This document shows positions 56,286 to 64,000 of a stretch of 64,000 nucleotides of DNA, in pieces (the stretch's first letter is position 1; the number at the start of each line of letters is the position of its first letter). The stretch is taken from contig BOXE01000002.1 of assembly GCA_019650635.1 (NCBI GenBank), positions 133,547 to 197,546 on the forward strand. Reading direction: 5' to 3'. Below the pieces are notes generated by a model. That model was not told where the DNA came from, made no database searches, and worked only from the letters and a program-made list of their open reading frames with translations. This stretch comes from Alphaproteobacteria bacterium. Its GTDB lineage: Bacteria > Pseudomonadota > Alphaproteobacteria > Methylaequorales > Methylaequoraceae. The translations under genes and the position numbers were made by a program.

Positions 56286-57155
56286 TTCGTATTAACTCCC
56301 ATTTCAAATTAATCCTTCTTTTTTCCCAGACTTTATTTTTAATTTCTTCACCAAGCATTTCTAGATCTAAAGATGAAGCATTTTTGTAATTTATTAGAAA
56401 ATTTGAATGAAGATTTGATACTTTTGCCCACCCAGTTGTTTCCTCTGTAATCTATTTCATCAATGAGTTTCCACGCAGGATAAGAAGTAGGATTTGTGAA
56501 TGTGCTTCCTCCTGTTCTAGATGACTACGGGTTGAGATTTTTCTCTTATTGATATAGTTGAGATTTTTTTAATTTGTGATTTATTACATTTTTGAATTTT
56601 AAACCTTGCTTCAATTATTATCTGTCCATTATCAAAAGAACTTTTTCTGTAATGAAAGTCTATTTCTTTTCTTTTAACTATTTTTTTGTTTAGTTTTTCA
56701 TCAATTATCGTGCAATCAATTAAATTGTCACTGATTTGATCACCATAACATCCTGCATTCATTTTTATATTTCCACCTATTGTTCCAGGAATACCACTTA
56801 AAAACTCTAAACCTGAAATATTTTTTTCAACACAAAATTTTGCAACCTCTGAGTCTTTTGCACCTGCTCCAACAGATAGTACGGAATTACTATTATCAAT
56901 TTCAATTTTTCTGAACTTTCCTCCCAATTTTATAACAATTCCTTTAAAACCTCCATCTCTAATTATCACATTCGACCCTGAACCTATTACCAAAATTGGA
57001 AGAAATTTCTTAGCTATTCTAATTGTGTTTATTAATTGATTTATTGAATTTACTTCTAGGAACAGATTACAATTTCCTCCAGTTCCAAACCAAGTCTTTT
57101 TACCAAGTTGATAGTTAAACTTTAAAGATTTTAAAAGAGAGAGTTTATTATTCAT
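56263..57155 (-). CDS. murB: UDP-N-acetylenolpyruvoylglucosamine reductase, C-terminal third frameshifted
   Basis: FAD-binding N-terminus TWFGTGGNCNLF (56517..57155). The C-terminus ...GSIFTNPTSYPAWKLIDE... is readable in another frame across 56263-56520. Confidence 0.85.
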
Positions 57156-58552
57156 TTTTTTCTATAAAATTTTTAAATTCTTCAGCTATACTAGAACTAA
57201 ATCCGGCTCCTAAAAAAATAATATTGTCTTTTCTTGAAATTATTTTTTTAATCTCATTGAAGTTAGATTTTGTACCATCAATTGAGGAAATTATTTTTTC
57301 TTTATATTTTTTTTTTAATAGCTTTGATAATTCAAAGTTATTAATTGTTTTTATGGGCTTTTCTCCAGCAGTATAGATTGGTAAGACAAAAATTATATCT
57401 GCATTTTCAAAACTATTTATAAAATCTTCTTTTAATTCTTTGATTCTACTAAATCTATGGGGTTCAAAAATAGCAATTAATTTATTTTTTGTGATTTTTT
57501 TTAAAGCATTTAGTGTCATCTTAATTTCTTTAGGGTGATGTGCGTAATCATCAATTATCATTAGTGTCAGAGCTTTTATAGATAATTGAAAATCTTCTTT
57601 TTACACCTTTAAAGGTTTTCAAAGCATTTTTAATAAGTGAGTCATTAATTTTTAAACCTTTTGAAATACTATAAGCTGCTAAAGTATTAGATATATTGTG
57701 AGACCCTATAAGAGGAATTAATACTTTTTTTAAATTTTTTTTTTCAATATTATTAATGATATCGAAGCAAGAAAAAAAAGTATTATTTTTTTTTATGATT
57801 TGTACATTTGCAGCCCTGAAGTTTGCTTTCTTTGAGAAACCATAAGTATAAATTTGCTTGTGATTTATTTTATCAAAAATGTTAAATATATTTTTGTCGT
57901 CAATATTAATTGATAAAAATCCGTAAAAAGGGATGTTATTTGCATATTTTATGAACGATGCTTTAATATCATCTAGACTTTTATAATGATCAAGGTGTTC
58001 TAAATCAATATTGTTAATAACCCCAATAGTAGATGGTAACATTGTAAATGAGCCATCTGATTCATCAGCTTCAGCAACAATCCATTCACCTTTCCCTAAC
58101 TTTGCATTTGCACCGATGCCATTTATGATCCCCCCATTTATTATTGTCGGATCAAAATTAGCTCTTTCTAATATACATGAAATTAGTGAGGTTGATGTGG
58201 TTTTCCCATGAGACCCTGACACTGTAATTGAAGATTTAAGTCTCATTACATCTGCAAGCATCATTGCTCTTGAATACAATGGAATTTTTTTTTTAATAGC
58301 TGATTTAATCTCTATATTTGAAAATTTTACGGCAGAGGAATATACAACAATATCAACGTTTCTAATATTTTGTTTAGCATGTTTGGAAAAAACTTTTATA
58401 CCTTTTTTCTTTAATCTTCTAATAATTATATTATCAGTTATGTCACTTCCAGAAACTGTGAATCCTTTGCTGTAAAGAATCTCAGCAATTGCACTCATTC
58501 CTATTCCACCGATACCTATAAAGTGAACATTTCTTTTTTTAAGCATTTTCAA
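57148..58552 (-). CDS. murC: UDP-N-acetylmuramate--L-alanine ligase, frameshifted
   Basis: N-terminus HFIGIGGIGMSAIAEIL and ATP site GSHGKTTSTS (57551..58552). The C-terminal domain lies in 57148..57561. Confidence 0.9.
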
Positions 58553-59575
58553 CTATTATTTTTTTTATAAAATTTAATAATGATAATTTACGATTTAATT
58601 TTTTTGATGATTCTATTTTATGTAATTTTTTTTTAAAAACAATTTTTTCAATTTCCATAGATATTTTTTTTAAATTAAGCTTTCTTTCATCACAAATTAA
58701 ACATTGATTATTTTTTTTAAACTCAACTGCATTGGAGTATTGATGATTGTTCGTTGCAGATGGAAGAGGAAATAATACCGAAAATTTATTGTATAACTCT
58801 ATTTCTGCAAGAGTTGATGAACCACATCTTGAAATAATTAGATCTGCTTTATCCAATTGATCATATATATCATCAAAGAAATTCTCAATTATTGATTTTA
58901 TTTTCATTTCTTTATAAGAGTTGGTTGTTAACTCTATGTCTTCTTTTCTAACTTGTTGGACAACAATTAACTTTTTTTTTGATCTACTGCTAAAATTTTC
59001 TATAAGTTTTGGAACCAATTTAGAAAATATTTTTGCACCTTGACTTCCTCCAACCACAAATATTCTTTTTAATTTTGATTTTCTGTGTGATATTTTTTTT
59101 TTGGTCTTACAGGTATTCCAGTATGAATAGAACAATTTTTTGCATATTTAGTATTTTTAAAAGTTATAGCAATATTCTTTGTAAGATAAGATAACAATCT
59201 ATTGGTTTTTCCCATAACTGCGTTTTGTTCATGAATTAGTATCTTAATTTTTAAAAGTTTTGCAGCAAGTATTGAAGGTATAGAGGTGTATCCCCCAAAA
59301 CCAACGACGATATTTGGTTTGTGCTTTATAAAAATAATTAAAGACTGTAAAAAACCAAAAATAATTTTTGCAAGCATGATTGGTAGTAGTGGATTGATTT
59401 TTAATGAAGAAGAAAATATTTTGAAATATTTAAGTTTTTTCTTTCTAATAATTTTTTCTATTCTATGATCTATCAAAAAATAATAATCAAAAGTTTTATC
59501 AGTTTCTGTAAGAGATATTGCAGGGAAAAGATGACCTCCTGACCCTCCAGCTATTAAAAAAACTTTATTTCGCAT
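58539..59575 (-). CDS. murG: undecaprenyldiphospho-muramoylpentapeptide beta-N-acetylglucosaminyltransferase, frameshifted
   Basis: N-terminus IAGGSGGHLFPA (59069..59575). The C-terminal domain VVGGSQGA (58539..59135) is in a different frame, with the break in the 59069-59135 overlap. Confidence 0.88.
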
Positions 59576-60671
59576 TTTTCTCTTCTTTTATTAGTAATAG
59601 TATAAATCCAACTATGATTGAACTTGAGATAAATGATGAGCCTCCATAAGAAATAAAGGGTAAAGTCATTCCTTTTGTAGGAATAATATTTAGTGATGAA
59701 GAAATATTTATTATTACTTGAAAAATAAAAATATTTGCTAACCCCGTCAGTGCGGTAACAATGAAGAAATTATTGGATCTTTGAGATATGATATGAATTC
59801 GTACGTATATTGCAATATATACTCCTATAATTAAAATTGCAAAAAATCCTCCTAACTCTTCACCAATCAAAGCAAAGATAAAATCAGAGTGCACATCTGG
59901 AAGATTCTTGGCAATAGTTCCTTCTCCAATCCCTTTACCAAATAATCCTCCATTTTCAAAAGAGTCTAAAGATTTAGATATTTGATAATTATCCCCAACT
60001 TCAGAAAAGAAAAAATTCATAATCCTAAATTTTACATGATCTAGGGTAAAAAAACATAATAAAAAAACTAAAATAAAACTTAAAACAATTGGAATTATTA
60101 TTTTTAAATTAATATTAGAGGACAAAATTTGTATCAACCAAACTGCAAATATCAAAATAAACATTCCAAAATCAGGTTGAAGAATAAGAAGAGAGGAAAT
60201 GATTATTAAACATAAAATATTTAAGAAAAATGAATAATCATTTTTGATTTTATACCTCCCAAGTAATACGGCACTTAGAACAATAAATGATGGTTTGAGA
60301 AGTTCTGATGGCTGGAAAGAAAAGTTATAAAATTTAATCCATCTATTTGCACCTTTTGTTTCTGGGAAGAAAAAAATAGCAGCTACACACAAAACTATAC
60401 TTAAAACAAAAATGAATAAAGAGATGTAGATTACGTGCTTTAAAGAAAATTGAGATAATACAAAAATTATTACTAAACCAACAATACAAAATATTAAATG
60501 TTTTTTTAGAAGAAGATCAGGGGAAAAATAAAATTTTCCTTCAAAATGCTGATTTATACTAGATATTGAGATAACACCAAAAAGTAAAAGTAGAAGAGTA
60601 GAAATGAGTATTAATTTATCAATATTACTCCACCAATTATAATTTTTTAAAGGGTTTATGTTATTAATCAC
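59565..60671 (-). CDS. ftsW: cell division protein FtsW (SEDS family lipid II polymerase/flippase)
   Basis: A 368-aa polytopic membrane protein with SEDS motifs (…PDFGM..., HSDFIFA). It sits between murD and murG. Confidence 0.88.
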   Translation of the reverse strand: MINNINPLKNYNWWSNIDKLILISTLLLLLFGVISISSINQHFEGKFYFSPDLLLKKHLIFCIVGLVIIFVLSQFSLKHVIYISLFIFVLSIVLCVAAIFFFPETKGANRWIKFYNFSFQPSELLKPSFIVLSAVLLGRYKIKNDYSFFLNILCLIIISSLLILQPDFGMFILIFAVWLIQILSSNINLKIIIPIVLSFILVFLLCFFTLDHVKFRIMNFFFSEVGDNYQISKSLDSFENGGLFGKGIGEGTIAKNLPDVHSDFIFALIGEELGGFFAILIIGVYIAIYVRIHIISQRSNNFFIVTALTGLANIFIFQVIINISSSLNIIPTKGMTLPFISYGGSSFISSSIIVGFILLLIKEEKNAK

Positions 60672-62049
60672 TTATTTTTATTTTTTCTGAAACTAATTGT
60701 TTGAATTCTTTACCCCTATCTTCAAAATTATTAAATTGATCAAATGATGAACAAGCAGGGGAAAGTAAAATATTAATATTCATTTTTTGCTTGATTGCAT
60801 CTTTAAATGCTTGATTAAATGACTCCCTTAAAGTTTTGAACTCTAAGCAAATAATTGAATTTCTAACTAAAAATTTTTTAAAGTTTTCACTGCATTCACC
60901 GTAAACATATGCTTTAAGTATATTTCCTAAATTTTTTTCTATCCCCTTTAGTCCACCTTTTTTTTCTCTTCCACCTAATATCCAAAAAATATTTTTAAAT
61001 GATTTAATTGCAGTTTTTGCTGAATTTACGTTTGTTGATTTACTGTCATTATAAAAATCAATATTTTTAAATGTACCCGAGAATTCGATTCTATGTTGTA
61101 ATGTGTGAATATTTTTAAGAGAACTCAAAAAATCGTCTGTCTTTTGGTTAAGTAGAAAACTAGATGTATAAGCTGCTAATAGATTCTGAAAATTATGTTG
61201 AGCTTTTACAAAACTTAATTTGTTTATAGAAATCTCAATATTTTCTTTTGATATATTATTAAATATTTTAATTTTGTTATTTTCAGTTTTCAAGTATATG
61301 TCAACATTTTCAGTATACTTACAACTAATTAGAATAAGTTTTGATTTAAAATTTTTTTTAAAATTATAGGCTATTCTTCTGCAATTAATATCATCAATAC
61401 AAATTACAGCAAAACTTTTCTTTGTTTGATTTTTAAAAATATTTAGTTTGGAATCTATATATTTTCTAAATGTTCCATGCCACTCAATGTGATCCTTTGA
61501 TATATTTAAAAGAAAAGCATAATCAAAATTTAGTTTATCTATTTTAGCTAATTGATAAGATGAGGCTTCTACAACTAACAATGTTTTTTTATTTATTTTT
61601 AAGTCAGTAAATGGTGTTCCAATATTTCCACAACATTTTGAGTCTCGAAAATTCTTATAAGATAAAATTTGGCTTATAAAATGAGTAGTGGTAGACTTTC
61701 CATTCGTTCCAGTTACACCGATTAGTGGATTTTTTATATTTAGAATCTTTAAAAACTCTAGATCTGTTACGATTTTAATGTCTAGGCTTCTTGCTATTTT
61801 GACGGCTTCGTGAGGTTTTTTTTTTTGATGATTAATACCAGGACTTAAAACCAAATAGTTACAATTTTTAAGTGTTTCTGGTGTCATATTATTGATTTTA
61901 ATTTTTAATGAGTGAGTAACTTTTCTCTTTTCTGGGTTATCATCCCAACATGTTACTGGTATTTTCTTTTTTATTAGATATTTAGCTAAAGAGATGCCTG
62001 AAATACCCATACCCAAAATAAAAATTTCTGAATTAATTTGTCTAATCAT
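60664..62049 (-). CDS. murD: UDP-N-acetylmuramoylalanine--D-glutamate ligase
   Basis: N-terminal Rossmann ILGMGISG, ATP site GTNGKSTTT and a Mur ligase C-domain. Confidence 0.9.
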   Translation of the reverse strand: MIRQINSEIFILGMGISGISLAKYLIKKKIPVTCWDDNPEKRKVTHSLKIKINNMTPETLKNCNYLVLSPGINHQKKKPHEAVKIARSLDIKIVTDLEFLKILNIKNPLIGVTGTNGKSTTTHFISQILSYKNFRDSKCCGNIGTPFTDLKINKKTLLVVEASSYQLAKIDKLNFDYAFLLNISKDHIEWHGTFRKYIDSKLNIFKNQTKKSFAVICIDDINCRRIAYNFKKNFKSKLILISCKYTENVDIYLKTENNKIKIFNNISKENIEISINKLSFVKAQHNFQNLLAAYTSSFLLNQKTDDFLSSLKNIHTLQHRIEFSGTFKNIDFYNDSKSTNVNSAKTAIKSFKNIFWILGGREKKGGLKGIEKNLGNILKAYVYGECSENFKKFLVRNSIICLEFKTLRESFNQAFKDAIKQKMNINILLSPACSSFDQFNNFEDRGKEFKQLVSEKIKISD

Positions 62050-63134
62050 CTAAGCTTCAAACTAGCAAGACCAAGAAGTGCTAAAATAATTGAAATAATC
62101 CAGAATCTTATAACTATCGTTGCCTCAGACCATCCTTTTTGCTCGAAATGATGGTGTATTGGTGCCATCCTGAAAATCCTTTTACCCGTAAGTTTAAATG
62201 AGATTATTTGAGCAAAAACTGACAATGCCTCAAGCACAAAGATTCCTCCGATTAATGAAAGAATTATCTCATGTTTTGTTGCAACAGCAATTGCCCCAAT
62301 AGTACCGCCTATTGACAAGGAGCCAGTGTCTCCCATAAAAACCATTGCTGGCGGAGCATTAAACCAAAGAAATCCTAAACCTGCACCTATTAATGAGGCA
62401 CAAATAATTACCAGCTCTCCAGTATCACTTACATAAGGAATTTTTAAATATTCTGAGTAAATTAAGTTACCTGTAAAATAGGCTATGAAAGCAAAAGATA
62501 GAGTTGTTATCATTATTGGTCCGATGGCTAACCCGTCTAAACCGTCAGTTAAGTTGACTGCATTTGCACTACCAACAATTACAATTGCAGCAAAAATATA
62601 GTAAAAATTACCTAGATCAATAAAAAATCCCTTTGTGAATGGAATAAAAACAATGTTTACTAAATCTGGATTTACAATTTTGTTAAAAAGAAAAACAAAT
62701 AAAAAACATATTAAAAATTCAACAATTAATCTATAAGAGGCTTTGAATCCTTCAGGATTATTATTTTTTAGTTTGCTGTAGTCATCGAGAGCTCCAATCA
62801 ATCCAAATAAAATCGTAATACTAAAAATTAACCATACGATGTTACTACTTAGATCTGCCCAAAATAATATCGAAACGAATAAAGAGATGAGGATTAACAT
62901 GCCACCCATAGTTGGAGTACCAGCTTTGTTAACGAGATGGCTTTTTGGACCGTCTAGTCTTATGGGTTGACCTTTCTTCTGCACACTTTTGAGTTTTTTT
63001 ATAAATTTTGGACCGAGAAAAAGAGATATGAAAAAAGCCGTAAAAAGAGCTCCACCTGCTCGAAATGTAAGATAATTAAATAAATTAAGAAAGTTAAAAT
63101 TTTCTATATATGGTGTTAGGAAATAGTAAAGCAT
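62046..63134 (-). CDS. mraY: phospho-N-acetylmuramoyl-pentapeptide transferase
   Basis: A 362-aa polytopic membrane protein with MraY motifs NAVNLTDGLDGLA and the HHHFE box. Confidence 0.93.
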   Translation of the reverse strand: MLYYFLTPYIENFNFLNLFNYLTFRAGGALFTAFFISLFLGPKFIKKLKSVQKKGQPIRLDGPKSHLVNKAGTPTMGGMLILISLFVSILFWADLSSNIVWLIFSITILFGLIGALDDYSKLKNNNPEGFKASYRLIVEFLICFLFVFLFNKIVNPDLVNIVFIPFTKGFFIDLGNFYYIFAAIVIVGSANAVNLTDGLDGLAIGPIMITTLSFAFIAYFTGNLIYSEYLKIPYVSDTGELVIICASLIGAGLGFLWFNAPPAMVFMGDTGSLSIGGTIGAIAVATKHEIILSLIGGIFVLEALSVFAQIISFKLTGKRIFRMAPIHHHFEQKGWSEATIVIRFWIISIILALLGLASLKLR

Positions 63135-63136
63135 TG

Positions 63137-64000
63137 TTATTTGAGCTCGATTAATCTTTTTGAGACCAAATGAAGATTAGTTGAATTTGATCCCTTTATC
63201 ATTATTATATCGTCATTTTCAATGATGCTTAATAATTTATCAAAAACATTTTTATAATTTTTAAAATGAAACTTCAAAAAATTTTCAGGAAGTTTTTCAA
63301 AAATTGCATAAGAATGTTTTCCAACAGTTAAAATTATATCTGGTTTGGTGTTCAGCAGATTTTTAACAATTTTTAGGTGACAAGATTTAGACATTTTTCC
63401 TAACTCCAACATATCTCCGATCACACATATTTTTCTGGTATGATTGAATTTTAAGTTCTTTAGGTTTTCTATTGCTTTTGCTAATGATTCAGGACTTGAA
63501 TTATAAGATTCATCGATTAGGGTGAAAGATTTTTTTTCGTAAGTGATTTGAAATTTTTTGCCACGACCTTCAATAGGTGTGAGTTTCATTATTGATGGTA
63601 TAATATTTTTTATTTTTATATTTAAGATCCTTATTAATCCAAGAATTATGATAATATTTTGTTCCCAGTTACTAGATGATTGATTATTCTTAAAATTAAA
63701 CTCTTTATCGATAACCATTAATTTAGAGACTGATTTTTCTCGTGTTATAATTCTGAAGTCACAATTCTTATTTTGACCAAAAGAATAAATTAGCTTTGTT
63801 TTTTTGTGACGCTTTTTTTGATATGAGATTATAATAATCTGTTTCGAAAGGAATTATTGCTATTGATGTCTCATCGAAAAAACTAAAAATATCAGATTTT
63901 TCTTTTGCAATATTTTTTGGATCTTTGAAGTTAGCAGCATGGGCTGTACCTATATTTGTTATAATACCAACATTTGGTTTGGCAATTTCTGATAATTTTT
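63137..64000 (-). CDS. murF: UDP-N-acetylmuramoyl-tripeptide--D-alanyl-D-alanine ligase, 3' part; the upstream part is frameshifted and the N-terminus lies outside the window
   Basis: A Mur ligase C-terminal domain (63137..63718) immediately upstream of mraY. Mur-ligase-like sequence continues in other frames to the window edge. Confidence 0.75.

Noticed and set aside
1403-64000. Alternative genetic code (TGA=Trp, as in Mycoplasma and some reduced symbionts) as the explanation for the broken genes
   Set aside because: The interruptions are real frame changes; the conserved protein continues in a different frame. The stops encountered are TAA/TAG, not in-frame TGA inside conserved blocks.
1403-64000. 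Genuine genome decay or a pseudogene-rich symbiont genome
   Set aside because: The interrupted genes include indispensable functions, each carries only single-base lesions with no substitutions, truncations or deletions, and the intergenic space is minimal. That is the opposite of a decaying genome.
1-64000. CRISPR arrays, IS elements/transposases, integrases, phage genes, toxin-antitoxin or restriction-modification genes
   Set aside because: None seen. There are no direct-repeat/spacer arrays, no DDE/HUH or tyrosine-recombinase motifs, and no unusual composition islands. The whole window is core metabolism and cell-envelope genes in conserved alphaproteobacterial synteny.

Overview
This window is an AT-rich (about 30% GC), extremely gene-dense stretch of an alphaproteobacterial chromosome. 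Gene content and order are SAR11/Pelagibacter-like, and almost every base is coding. I see no mobile element, CRISPR array, rRNA, phage or defence island, and no clearly novel gene system. Contents, left to right:

- cca and hemF
- cytochrome bc1 operon petA-petB-petC
- methionine-salvage cluster (MTA phosphorylase, MtnA, class-II aldolase)
- ychF-pth-rplY-prs
- pgeF, a MidA-like methyltransferase, lgt and a heptose-epimerase-like gene
- a YbjN-like gene and proC
- an OmpR-type two-component pair
- ilvE
- Moco genes moaE-moaD-moeA-mobB
- pgsA, uvrC, an SDR, and uvrB
- an aminotransferase and a panE-like gene
- trxB and greA
- carB-carA
- yqeY-dnaG-rpoD followed by a tRNA with anticodon CAT
- mlaC and mlaA
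- metF and metH
- uvrD, prmA, and pepP
- recN, bamD, and lpxC
- a dcw cluster ftsA-ftsQ-ddl-murB-murC-murG-ftsW-murD-mraY-murF

Two observations stand out. First, about 20 of about 60 housekeeping genes are interrupted by single-base indels at homopolymer runs; these include petB, carB, dnaG, murC, murG, rplY, mtnA, metF and metH. This pattern looks like homopolymer sequencing error in a draft assembly rather than real gene decay. Second, ftsZ is missing from its canonical slot between ftsA and lpxC.
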